Shown piece by piece: positions 53,990-63,804 of a stretch of 64,000 nucleotides of DNA. The first letter of the stretch is position 1, and every line of letters begins with the position of its first letter. The notes under the pieces are model-generated. The model was not told the origin of the DNA. It made no database searches and saw only the letters and a program-made list of their open reading frames with translations. The translations under genes and the position numbers were made by a program. The DNA is taken from NCBI GenBank assembly GCA_041641305.1, contig JBEPYN010000002.1, positions 384,001-448,000 on the forward strand, in the 5' to 3' direction. Source of the stretch: Nitrososphaerota archaeon. Lineage in GTDB: Archaea > Thermoproteota > Nitrososphaeria_A > Caldarchaeales > Caldarchaeaceae.

Positions 53990-56207
53990 CTCGTTGCCCA
54001 GAATGTTTTATGAAAAGTTGACCAAAGATGTCAGGCTTCACCCTATCCCCCACCTTTTTCAACAAACCGTAACTCACCATTTTCTCGACATCATTCTTCT
54101 CCAACCCATCCAAACCACGTTGATGAACAACAACATTGTAAAACCTTTCCAGAAGGTCTAAAGGAATACTCTCAAACTTTCTCCTAAGCTCCTCGCTCCT
54201 GATGCCCTGTAGAGTCGCCTGCCTAATATTCTCCAACTCGACCGAGGCTGATGGAGCCTCGGCCCGCTGCCCAGACTCATCTCCGTCGCTTTCCACAACT
54301 CCATTAGCGAACCATGCCCCGGACGTTAGATTGATAGACTGAAGTAATGGGGGTTTCGCGGCCTCGTCCATAGACATACCTGTCCCTGCCGCTGTGCGGA
54401 CTCGGTGGGTTAGACATTTTCCCGTAGACGCTTTCACGTATCCGCAGCCGCAGACGGGGATGTTGATTCCGCCTTTGCCCTGCTCCTGTGTCAGAAAAGC
54501 TCTCCTCATCCTGAAGATGTATCCCTCGACTATTGCCCGCTCGCTTTTCTCTATGTACTGCTTGTACTTGTCCGGGGTGGGCATCTTTATGTAGGCCTCG
54601 CCCTTGTCGAGGTCGTTGATTAGCCTGACTATGCTGGACGGCGCCACTCCCGAGAGCACATGCACATCCTCTGGGCTTGGTGTGTTGAAGACAACCCATC
54701 TGAAGCAGCTCTGCCTTATTCCGTCGGAGAAGTCAGAGAGCCTCTGCGTGGAGAGTATAAGGGCGACGCCGTAGCTCCTGCCTGTGCGAACAATTTCCTC
54801 CAGCTTGCTCTTGCTGGAGGCGTCCCTGCCACCCCATCGCTGTGTGGGCCTCGTCACCAGATATGCTTCGTCGACCACGACCACTACCGGCTTGCTCGAC
54901 AGATAGGCGAGACTCGACCTTTTCTGCATAACCTTGTGAAGCTTCCTAAGCAGGAGCTCGAGCACAATTGCCCTCATTTTCTCGTTAACCCATGCAAGGT
55001 TAACCACTATCAGCGGCATGTGCTGCGACCCCTCTACAAGAGACGCGTAAACCTCTGCCGGCTCGACTCCGGATGACCTGAACACCTCGCCGAGGTCGCT
55101 GAGCTTAGCAGCTATTCCCTGAAGAGCGTCCTTGGTCTGGGGCCCGTACTTGACCTTTCCAGCGAGAACGTCGGAGAGCAGTTTATTGATTTCCACGACG
55201 AGTTTCTCGTAGGTCAGCGGCTTCCCAGACTCCTTTATCTTAGCAGCCGCCTCGCGTATGAAGTGGGCCTGCTTGGCGCCGACCTCCTCGATGACCGAAA
55301 TGCTGTCCATCAGGTCCTCCAGCATCTCATTCGGAGTCTCGTTGGAGGCCCTAGCAAAGGGGTTGACGCCGGCAACAGAAGCGACTAGGATGGAGGCCTT
55401 GCCGCTGTCGATTAGCTTTCGCTCGTAAATGGCCTCGGTAAAGTCACCCTTCACATCGAAGAGTATGATGGGGTAATGCTCCATCAACTGCGTTACGAGG
55501 CTGTAGACTGTGGTTGTCTTACCTGTGCCGGAGCTGCCGGCTATAATCAGGTGAGGGTTGAAAACATGTTTGCTGACGGTCGGCGAGTAGCATACCTCTA
55601 CCGGTACAGGGATGTTTTTGACCACTAGGTGGCGCCTAACATCTGCTGAAGAGCCTCCGCCCCTGACCACCTGCTCAACCATCATCACTGTCTTGACCGC
55701 GTATCCGAGTATAGCTACTCCCCCCTCAGCGCCATCCCCGGTGTAAACATCGTTTCTCACACGGTTGATGGTGTCCCGCTGCTCCTTGTACGCGTACAGG
55801 AGCGCCGCCAAGTTCACAAGCGGCACGTAGAACACGTTGAAGATGACGAAGAGATAGGCCTTGTAGAACTCGAGGCTCAGCAGCATCAACGCAAGCACTA
55901 TGTCAAGCACCATCATGAAGACAAAGTAGCCGGGGCCGAGGAGCTTCAACGCCCCTGTCACCGGTCCTATGATGGCCGAGAAGAACGAGGCCCCCTCGGA
56001 GGAGGCGATGAGGTATAAGATGAACGCCACAAGCACCTTGACTACCCAGGCCGCCCTATAGCTCGTGGATGGAACATGAAGGGGGGCGTTTCCCCTCCCT
56101 ATGTAGAGGACGAAGGCCGCGATTACCGCCACCAAGTTTATGCCGATTAGCGCCATGCCCAGAGGCGTAACAAGGCCGAACATGTCTATCGGAAGCCCAC
56201 CCAGCAT
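53973..56207 (-). CDS. VirD4/TraG/HerA-like coupling ATPase with N-terminal TMs
   Basis: NPHLIIAGSSGTGKT, FDVKGDF, GVNPF, VVVVDEAY, RTGRSYGVALILSTQRLSD, GEAY; start placed at the TGATG overlap (track 56288). Confidence 0.85.
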   Translation of the reverse strand: MLGGLPIDMFGLVTPLGMALIGINLVAVIAAFVLYIGRGNAPLHVPSTSYRAAWVVKVLVAFILYLIASSEGASFFSAIIGPVTGALKLLGPGYFVFMMVLDIVLALMLLSLEFYKAYLFVIFNVFYVPLVNLAALLYAYKEQRDTINRVRNDVYTGDGAEGGVAILGYAVKTVMMVEQVVRGGGSSADVRRHLVVKNIPVPVEVCYSPTVSKHVFNPHLIIAGSSGTGKTTTVYSLVTQLMEHYPIILFDVKGDFTEAIYERKLIDSGKASILVASVAGVNPFARASNETPNEMLEDLMDSISVIEEVGAKQAHFIREAAAKIKESGKPLTYEKLVVEINKLLSDVLAGKVKYGPQTKDALQGIAAKLSDLGEVFRSSGVEPAEVYASLVEGSQHMPLIVVNLAWVNEKMRAIVLELLLRKLHKVMQKRSSLAYLSSKPVVVVVDEAYLVTRPTQRWGGRDASSKSKLEEIVRTGRSYGVALILSTQRLSDFSDGIRQSCFRWVVFNTPSPEDVHVLSGVAPSSIVRLINDLDKGEAYIKMPTPDKYKQYIEKSERAIVEGYIFRMRRAFLTQEQGKGGINIPVCGCGYVKASTGKCLTHRVRTAAGTGMSMDEAAKPPLLQSINLTSGAWFANGVVESDGDESGQRAEAPSASVELENIRQATLQGIRSEELRRKFESIPLDLLERFYNVVVHQRGLDGLEKNDVEKMVSYGLLKKVGDRVKPDIFGQLFIKHSGQRGGGSG

Positions 56208-56725
56208 CACCACATCCCCCTCCGCATAGCGTAAATCATGGAGGACAGCATTACCGAGAACGCGGCCACGGAGGCGAGTGTGAACCATCTGACGCCCAGT
56301 GGAAACTCCCTCTTAACGGCCTCGTCGCCGACGTATACCTCGACCCTGAAGGTCGCGGATGGGTATGTGAATATCCTCCAAGAAGAGCTGGCCACTCCGT
56401 CTTCGCCGGTTACTAGTTCAACGCTCTGCAGAAGCTCTGCATACGTCACCCTTAGCCGAGTGTTCGCCAAAGGCCTGCACCTAGTATAGTCCATCGCGAC
56501 GGTACCGTTTGGAAGAGTTACCCAGCACTGTCCGCCGCTTCCGACAAGGTCCTCGACCACCATCACCCTGAACTCGTAGGGCCATAGGATGTGGGGCTGT
56601 TGCCTAGAGTCGTAGAACACTATGATACGCGTCGGGCTGGGCGCATCACCTTGGACGTCGCCGTGAACAATCAATGGAAAGACCGCGGCTAGGAGTATGA
56701 CCAGAGCCAGTTTAAGCAGCTTCAT
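56207..56725 (-). CDS. Membrane-anchored protein in the T4SS operon (signal peptide, Ig-like domain, C-terminal TM)
   Basis: ORF track; both termini hydrophobic. Confidence 0.65.
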   Translation of the reverse strand: MKLLKLALVILLAAVFPLIVHGDVQGDAPSPTRIIVFYDSRQQPHILWPYEFRVMVVEDLVGSGGQCWVTLPNGTVAMDYTRCRPLANTRLRVTYAELLQSVELVTGEDGVASSSWRIFTYPSATFRVEVYVGDEAVKREFPLGVRWFTLASVAAFSVMLSSMIYAMRRGMW

Positions 56726-59522
56726 ACAGCATCTCCCTCCTGCTCATCCTCCTTCTCACAAGAGCTCTCTTGTCAGGCTCTATGCGGAAGAACAGGGGCC
56801 TCGGGTCGACGCTCCACTTGAGGAAGGCCTCGCCTGTCCCGAAGCCTTCCAGCCTTCTCCTCTCCTCGTCTGTCAGGTTAAGCAGCTTCTGGGCGTTCAG
56901 GGCCTCGCCCGGGTTACCGTAGCCGAAGGCAATCGTTGTAGAAACGAGGGCCGCCACGGTCGGGACACCTCTTCTCTTAGCCATGTCAGCTTCCTGAAGC
57001 AGGTCATCGAGCAGATGGGTTATCATGACGTAGCTTGTGCCGAACTTTCTCTCCTCCCTGAGATGAGTACCGAGAGGGACTTCGCCGGCTTTTCCAAGCA
57101 GGAACTTGTGGCCCTCGTCGATTATCACCATAAGCCTCACGCCCTCCTTGACCTCTTGGCTGAGCATGTAATCATGTATGTGCTCGAGAATGCTCCAAGT
57201 GATTAGCCTCTGCATGTCGTCGCTCATACGCACCTGCCCGCCGCCCGACTGGGCGCGGAAACTCACTATCACTACACCCCCCTCCACCAGCAAATCCTTC
57301 AGCAGCACATCGGTCCTATCGAGCGCGAAAGCGCCCTCCGCATAGGGCCTCAGCCTCCGCTCTAGGTCAAGCAGCAGCGTCACCGCGGCGTCGAGCTCAG
57401 GAGAGCCTCCCCGCGAGATAACCAGCTTCTCAGCCTCTCTTCTCCTCCACGCAACGTATGCATAGAGCTGGGCCATTGTGCATTTAGACAGGTTCTCATC
57501 CCTCCATGTGGAGGGGTCCGAGTCATCAACTCCGCCTATCCTCTTGTACATCAGCTTAAGCCCTTGGTAGAGTATGCTGGATTGGGTGGGCTGAAGCGGG
57601 ATAGCGTTGGGCAAAACCGCGTCCACGAACCTGCTTATCCTCTGCTCAGGGGCTAGGCCTGAGAGAAGCAACGGGTTGTATTTCTTGTTGCAGAGGTCTA
57701 TGACGGTGACCTTCAAGCCCATGGAGCTGAGCTCGTCAGCCTCGGCGGCGTATTCTCCGGCCGGGTCTATTATGATGACGGCGGGAGGCTTCCCCGTGCC
57801 AGAGTATTTGCTGAGGCCATCTATCCTGAAGAGCAGCGTCTTTATCAGGGTGGATTTGCCGGTGCCGGGAGAGCCTAGAACAAGCATATGCGGGTTATGA
57901 AGCATCGATGGGTTCCAGTACACAGGCCTGCCATACTCGTCTCTGCCGAGGTATACGCCGTCCTTGGGCATTATTGGCCGGCGCCTGAAAGCCAGCGGGC
58001 TGACGGCGACAAAGTCTCTCGTCAACGCTTTGACAACCGGTATCGGGTTGGGGTCGAAGATGCCTCTCCGCGGCTGAGGCAGGTACATGAACCTGTGGCA
58101 AAGAGCAGCTCCCCAGCCGTCCCCCACCTCCTTAGTGGAGAAGTTCATCGTGTCCAGAAGGCTACGCGCCTCGTGAACATGTTTATCCAACATGTCGAGC
58201 TCTTTCCAAGACATTGCGGCGCTTCTGACCCTCACTTCAACCACTATGCTTATCACGTAAGGTCTCTCACCATGGCTGATTCTCTCAGCCACGTTCATGC
58301 TGCGCCCGGCCTTGAGGTAGCCGGACACAGCACCGCCTACCTGTGCATCCATTCCATAGAGGTCGGCGCGCGCCATCGCCATCCTCATGACGTCGCCGGC
58401 CGACTGCGGAACAATGTGTAACGCTATCCTGAAGTCCTTGAGCGAGTATATCAGGCTGTTAAAGGTGGCGAGGTACATGGGAAGCCTCCTGTCTATGTCA
58501 CGCATCTCGAGGTCGCGGTTGTTGTTGCCCGTCACCGAGACATACCTCGACGCCACCCACTCGCCCCCCTCGCGCCTCAGCAGCACACCTTTCTCCAACA
58601 GCCTGTACTCCCCGTTGCCCAGAGACCAGTGCATATGGGTTAAGCCGGAGAAGCATAGCGGGCATGACGCCTTCTTCACCATCAACGCAGCCCTAACAGC
58701 AGCAACCACCCCAATCAAGCTGCTTAGAAACATGGTGAAACCTAGGGTGCCCAGCCCCACGCTGAAGAAGGTGGCCACGGCCGAGGCCGCCGACGCGGCT
58801 CCGAGGATTATGACATGCATTATGTTTGGCTTCAGCGTTACCCTGTCACCCATCACCGGCTTGTGGTTCATGTAGCTGCTGTCATCTATGAGCACCATGC
58901 CGATGCCTTCGAGGGTTGTAGCCAAGGTTTTCGCCGCGGTTTCGACGCTGTGTGCGGCCCCCTCCTCGTCGCCTTCAACAACCTCTGAATAGAGAATTAT
59001 GTAGGCATATTCTCCCTGCGGCGACCTGTCTATGACGAGCTTCGCCTCCACGTCAGATAACCCCTCAATGGCCTTGACCATCCTATCCAGCAGAAGCATC
59101 CGCTCATGCTCCGTCGTGGTCTCGAAGTTCTTCTGAATATCCGCTATCTTGAGCACTTTCACGGCATAGCCCCTGCTCCTAGACCTGTCCTCAAAAATCA
59201 GCGTCAGCTCCTCAGGCCGCCTAAGCCCGTCGATAAGCCTCACAGCAGGCTGGACCTTGATGCTCACAGGCAGCTCGGACGCAACCGCATGCCAGAACGC
59301 CGGAGACTTCGTGTAGCGTTTAAGGTAACACACCGCGGCCGGATAGGCCCTGCGCCAGACAAGCGACCCAAGCACCAGCGACGGGAAGAATATGGCTAGG
59401 TAGGGCGTATAAGGGGCCAGCGAAGGGCTGAAGGAGAAGACCGCCAGCGTCACTATTATCAAGCCGCCGAAGAACACGGGGCCGATGCCGAGAATCTTGG
59501 CGAGGATGCCCATCGCCTTCAC
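56712..59522 (-). CDS. virB4: VirB4/CedB-like type IV secretion ATPase
   Basis: GVYLGRD..GRPVYW, NPHMLVLGSPGTGKS, IIDPAGEY, YNPL, IIDEGH, REERKFG; N-terminal TMs; 936 aa. Confidence 0.88.
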   Translation of the reverse strand: MKAMGILAKILGIGPVFFGGLIIVTLAVFSFSPSLAPYTPYLAIFFPSLVLGSLVWRRAYPAAVCYLKRYTKSPAFWHAVASELPVSIKVQPAVRLIDGLRRPEELTLIFEDRSRSRGYAVKVLKIADIQKNFETTTEHERMLLLDRMVKAIEGLSDVEAKLVIDRSPQGEYAYIILYSEVVEGDEEGAAHSVETAAKTLATTLEGIGMVLIDDSSYMNHKPVMGDRVTLKPNIMHVIILGAASAASAVATFFSVGLGTLGFTMFLSSLIGVVAAVRAALMVKKASCPLCFSGLTHMHWSLGNGEYRLLEKGVLLRREGGEWVASRYVSVTGNNNRDLEMRDIDRRLPMYLATFNSLIYSLKDFRIALHIVPQSAGDVMRMAMARADLYGMDAQVGGAVSGYLKAGRSMNVAERISHGERPYVISIVVEVRVRSAAMSWKELDMLDKHVHEARSLLDTMNFSTKEVGDGWGAALCHRFMYLPQPRRGIFDPNPIPVVKALTRDFVAVSPLAFRRRPIMPKDGVYLGRDEYGRPVYWNPSMLHNPHMLVLGSPGTGKSTLIKTLLFRIDGLSKYSGTGKPPAVIIIDPAGEYAAEADELSSMGLKVTVIDLCNKKYNPLLLSGLAPEQRISRFVDAVLPNAIPLQPTQSSILYQGLKLMYKRIGGVDDSDPSTWRDENLSKCTMAQLYAYVAWRRREAEKLVISRGGSPELDAAVTLLLDLERRLRPYAEGAFALDRTDVLLKDLLVEGGVVIVSFRAQSGGGQVRMSDDMQRLITWSILEHIHDYMLSQEVKEGVRLMVIIDEGHKFLLGKAGEVPLGTHLREERKFGTSYVMITHLLDDLLQEADMAKRRGVPTVAALVSTTIAFGYGNPGEALNAQKLLNLTDEERRRLEGFGTGEAFLKWSVDPRPLFFRIEPDKRALVRRRMSRREMLYEAA

Positions 59523-59836
59523 CTTCTCAGCCGCGCCACAATGACGATGAACAGGGTTGAGCCGGCCACGAGAGCACCCGGAATTAGCTGTCCGCTCAGG
59601 AGCAGCGCCCCGGAGAAAATGGTCCCTAAAATGATGAATTTATTGAGCTGAGGAGCAGGTGCGTTCCTCGTCCTCCTACCGGCGCCTCTTCTAAGTATGT
59701 CGACAGGCCTGCCATTTTCGTCCCTAACGTACTCGTCATATTCATCGGCCTCGGAGAAGTTTTCCCTAGGTAGCTCAGGAGCTGTGCTAGCCCTCTTCCT
59801 AACCCCAGACTTTAGTCTGAACTCTTCCTCTTCCAT
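59519..59836 (-). CDS. Small two-TM protein immediately upstream of virB4 (VirB3-like position)
   Basis: Charged N-terminus, C-terminal hydrophobic hairpin; overlaps both neighbours. Confidence 0.6.
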   Translation of the reverse strand: MEEEEFRLKSGVRKRASTAPELPRENFSEADEYDEYVRDENGRPVDILRRGAGRRTRNAPAPQLNKFIILGTIFSGALLLSGQLIPGALVAGSTLFIVIVARLRR

Positions 59837-62800
59837 TCATTTTCACCTCCATTTTTTCCAGACTCGGCCCCAGCCTGCCCCCATTCTGGAGGCATCTGGG
59901 ACTCAACCGTATCGCCCACATCATTCTCCTTTTTTCCAAAGTCTCCCCAACTCATGTGCTCCGAGACATCCTCTCTTCCCGCAGCCCACCACGGCACCTT
60001 GAACTCTCCATCTGATTCGGAGCCGACCCGTTCAACAAAAGAGGCGGCGTCCTCCCTCTTCCCCAGAGAATCGGCTACGCTGAAGAGCTCGTCCAGAGTC
60101 TTCGGGTCATCGGCCCCAGAGATGATTTTCTCCCGGAGGCTATCCATGTACTGCTGCTGGAGCTCGGACACTCCGGGGCCCGGCTGATAATCCGCTGGAG
60201 AGACGTCGTAGCCTTTCGCCGAAGCAGCATGGGCACGCGCACCCATCTCCTCCATCACCTTCATGAACTCGTCCAGCTCGTTCTTCGACACCTCATAGGT
60301 CCCCATGCTTGTCTCCACGACAATCCTGTCGCCGCCGTCCATGAGGTTGGTGAGCCTGAAGTCCGGGTCATACGGGTTGGCGACAATCCACATGTATTCC
60401 TCGAATCTTTCCTGGAACCTCTTGTAGTCCTCGGGGGTGCCGTAGGACCTGTGCATGTCGTAGGCATGCTTCACGTCGGAGGGGTCGCCGCCGTAGTCGT
60501 GCTGCCTTATCAGCGGCTGCTCAGCCGACCCCGCTGGATGGAGTATGCCTGTCCTGAACTCGGGCACATAGGCCGGCGTCACAAGAGGCTTCACACCCTC
60601 CGGCGAGAAGGGGTTGTTGTCGGCGGCGAGTGTGAAGGCGGCTGGAGCCCTTATCCTTCCGTCGAGCTGGTCCGAGACGTATCCGAAGAAGGCGCCGGCG
60701 CTCGCGTGGCCTGATGCTGACAGCCTCATACTCATCCAGCCAGCGGCCTTACCCACGGTCGGGGAGAGGATGCCCTCGATAAGGGCTGCGCCAACAACGT
60801 GTTTGCCGAAGTCGCTTCTCGCGAAGCTGTCAACCAAGGTAATCCTCTGCGACATCGTGGAGGGCTTCAGCATGTTTGCGAAGCCTTGTGCAACCTTCTC
60901 TGGACGCGCCTCAACAATCCTGCTCTGCTTAGCCCACCCGATGAGCAGGTCCGCCTTACGCGTAGCCTCTTCCAGCGAATAGCCCTTCATAGTCAGCCTC
61001 TCGGCGTAGGCGTTTCTCACGCTTTCGGCGAACTTCGGGTCGCTCCTGACCGCCGACATGGCGACGCGGACCGTGTAGCTCCTCGTCATGACGCCGAGGG
61101 CCAGCCTCTCGGCCCTCGCGACGATGCCGCCCCTGCCCTCAAGCTCCCGCCTCTTGTCCAGCATCCGCTCCATGATGCCTGAGAACCTTGTCCTCTCAGC
61201 GACCTTGTCCCATGTCTTTCTGTTCTTCTCCCTGGCCTCGGTGGCGGCTTTGAGGAGCTGGTTCTCCTGCCTCCTCTGCGCCCACCTCGCCAGCATATCG
61301 ACACGCGCCATCCTCCGCACGGCGCCGGTGAAGGTTGTCATGAACTTGGCCGCGTGGGTTATGTTGCCGACCTTCCCGACCACGTACTTCATCATCACGC
61401 TCTGGCCACCGACGAGCGACTGGAAGCTGTCTATTATGATGGCTAGTAGGCCTATGGCGAGGCCTATCGCGAACGACTGCCCAATGAGCTCTGACAGGGG
61501 CTTGAGTATCCTCACGCTGCCGACATCGGTCATGAGGATGGGGAGAACGGATATCTGGATGTCACTGCCCGCATAGGTGCCCTTAGCATACTTGTATAGG
61601 ATGGTGGAGACGGATTTCGCAAGCGGTATGCTTGTGTTGAATATTGTGGCGTTGTTCTCCCAGTGCTCTTCCCTATACCTGAGGAGCTCCGCGTTTATTC
61701 GCCTTGTCGCCTCGTGGCTCGGCCCGTCTCTGTACAGCCCTTGCCTGAAGTTCTGGTACCTAGCCCACTCGCCTCTAAAATTGTCCACGGAAATGCCTAG
61801 AATATTGTCGGGCACGTAGCCGCCTGAGGCAAGCTCACGCGTATACTCCCTGTCCTCGTCAAACTTATGCCACTCGACGGGGGGCAGGTAAGGCATGGAC
61901 TCCGAGGCCGTGAAGATGACCCTGAAGCTGTAGCTGAGGCTGTCGGGGACCTCTGGATAACCATCATAACTGTCCCTGATTATTGTCTGGTTAGCGGTTA
62001 CGAAGACTTTCTTCTGCTGGGTTGGGGCATTCAGCTCAAGAGGCTCGTTGCGGTCGATTGCTTCCACGCTCTGAGGCAGAACGTAGGGGCCGTAGCCGTC
62101 TATGAAGCCGGCTGCCTGTATCTCTGCGAAGCTCGAGTCCATGACGGTGTGGTTCCAAGAGGGTGGGTTTGATGTAAACGGTCTGAACTCGTAACTCCAT
62201 GACGGTGTTCCAAGGCGTCTCTCGCAGATGTCTGTGCCGTTGACAGGGCCTCCATGTATCGGGTCTATGTGCCAGCAGACATCGTAGTCATCCATGTTGA
62301 GGTAGACGAAGTAGACGCTCTTGTTTCCGCTATAGTCTCCTCTTGTGTAGTAGTGCCATCTCCAGCAGGTTTCAACGGTTGAGGAGTTTCCGTCGGTCTC
62401 GCATGTGTAGGTCTCGTTTACCTGCCATCTGGTCTCCCTGACCTTGGGAAGGGTTATACCATATATGTTCAGGTCCTCTTTCTTGGTGCCCCAAGGCTGC
62501 TCCGTGAACCAGACGAAGGTTGTGTTCCTGTTGGCGGCGACCATCCACAGGCTCGTCTCGTTATAGAGGTTGGAGGCTTTCCAGAAGCTTTCCCACCTCT
62601 CTTTCCAAATCAGGTACGGGTTGCAGGAGATTGAGCCATCGTCCCATCCGCCGAAGAAGAACTCCCGGTCAGGGTCAGTTCCGGTGCAGGCCATGGCGCT
62701 AGGGTCAGGGTCCTCGGGAACCTTGTGAACTGTTATGTTGCGTGGAGAAGTGTCGTAGAGGGTCACCCACATGTTCAGGAACCAGACGCGCCTCGCGTAG

Positions 62801-63798
62801 GTTCCGTTAATCAAGGACATGCGGTAGCCCTCATCATAGGCGTTGTAGTATCCTCCGCCACCTGTGTCAAATATGGTCTTCTGAGGAGTCTTCAAAACAT
62901 CTCTCATTATTTCTATTATTTGTTCGCAGGTCAGGTTGCCTCCGCGGGGCAGGTTAGCGCATACCTTGTCCCTGTCTATCTCGGGAGGCTGCGTAAACTC
63001 AGCAATGAGAAACGGGTACCACAACGTGTCGTTCTCCCTGTCATAAACCGTGTACCTCACGCCTCCCTCCATTTCGCCAACGGCCCTGCTGGCTATGCTA
63101 AGCTTCTGGATATCAGCGGCCTCCATGATGCTCTGTTCCACATAGCCCGGCGGAGGAGATGCCGCCACTATCGCGACCGGGAGGGCTAGAGTCAAAGCCG
63201 CTCCCAGCACCATCATTGTCTTCCCCGCTGTTCTCGCGAAAGGAATAGCGAAGAGCGCCGCTCCTATAATAAAGAGGGTTGGCGCGACGCCTTTAGCCAA
63301 GCCCACGAAGGCGACCACACCCTCCATGAAGACAACAACCCCCGACAACAGCTTGGCAATGAATATGAGCAGGTTGAAGACGGCGCCGAAGATGAAGCTC
63401 GCTATCGCGGACAGAAGTATCCCCACGCCCGAGAGCCAAGCCGGCAGAAGAGCAAGCATCACGATGGATTGCAACGTGCCGAGACTCATCGCCGCAAGGT
63501 TCACCGCCTTGAGCCACTCGAACGCCATGTCCCTGCTCGCATGCGCCGACGCAATGGCGTCGTCGAAGGTGGCCGTCAAGGGCAGGCTAACTCCCATGCT
63601 CTGCAGGTAACCTGCTAACACAGGCTTGAGCAGCGCGATGCTTCCGACGATAGACAGGATGGCAGCCGTTGACCAGCTATGCATCATCGCTGTCCACCCC
63701 CATCTCCTGAACTGGGGGAGCGGGAGGCTGAAGAGAACTAAGCCGGCTCCGTATACGAGGGCCGCAATCCCGAAGGCAATCTCAGCTTCGTTAGCCAT
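59812..63798 (-). CDS. Giant CedA/TedA (VirB6-like) membrane protein with large extracellular and cytoplasmic extensions
   Basis: N-terminal AALVYGAGLVLFSLPLP..RRWG and GAALFAIPF..RTAG match the CedA pattern; 1328 aa; upstream of virB4. Confidence 0.72.
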   Translation of the reverse strand: MANEAEIAFGIAALVYGAGLVLFSLPLPQFRRWGWTAMMHSWSTAAILSIVGSIALLKPVLAGYLQSMGVSLPLTATFDDAIASAHASRDMAFEWLKAVNLAAMSLGTLQSIVMLALLPAWLSGVGILLSAIASFIFGAVFNLLIFIAKLLSGVVVFMEGVVAFVGLAKGVAPTLFIIGAALFAIPFARTAGKTMMVLGAALTLALPVAIVAASPPPGYVEQSIMEAADIQKLSIASRAVGEMEGGVRYTVYDRENDTLWYPFLIAEFTQPPEIDRDKVCANLPRGGNLTCEQIIEIMRDVLKTPQKTIFDTGGGGYYNAYDEGYRMSLINGTYARRVWFLNMWVTLYDTSPRNITVHKVPEDPDPSAMACTGTDPDREFFFGGWDDGSISCNPYLIWKERWESFWKASNLYNETSLWMVAANRNTTFVWFTEQPWGTKKEDLNIYGITLPKVRETRWQVNETYTCETDGNSSTVETCWRWHYYTRGDYSGNKSVYFVYLNMDDYDVCWHIDPIHGGPVNGTDICERRLGTPSWSYEFRPFTSNPPSWNHTVMDSSFAEIQAAGFIDGYGPYVLPQSVEAIDRNEPLELNAPTQQKKVFVTANQTIIRDSYDGYPEVPDSLSYSFRVIFTASESMPYLPPVEWHKFDEDREYTRELASGGYVPDNILGISVDNFRGEWARYQNFRQGLYRDGPSHEATRRINAELLRYREEHWENNATIFNTSIPLAKSVSTILYKYAKGTYAGSDIQISVLPILMTDVGSVRILKPLSELIGQSFAIGLAIGLLAIIIDSFQSLVGGQSVMMKYVVGKVGNITHAAKFMTTFTGAVRRMARVDMLARWAQRRQENQLLKAATEAREKNRKTWDKVAERTRFSGIMERMLDKRRELEGRGGIVARAERLALGVMTRSYTVRVAMSAVRSDPKFAESVRNAYAERLTMKGYSLEEATRKADLLIGWAKQSRIVEARPEKVAQGFANMLKPSTMSQRITLVDSFARSDFGKHVVGAALIEGILSPTVGKAAGWMSMRLSASGHASAGAFFGYVSDQLDGRIRAPAAFTLAADNNPFSPEGVKPLVTPAYVPEFRTGILHPAGSAEQPLIRQHDYGGDPSDVKHAYDMHRSYGTPEDYKRFQERFEEYMWIVANPYDPDFRLTNLMDGGDRIVVETSMGTYEVSKNELDEFMKVMEEMGARAHAASAKGYDVSPADYQPGPGVSELQQQYMDSLREKIISGADDPKTLDELFSVADSLGKREDAASFVERVGSESDGEFKVPWWAAGREDVSEHMSWGDFGKKENDVGDTVESQMPPEWGQAGAESGKNGGENEWKRKSSD

Positions 63799-63804
63799 TT
63801 CTCA

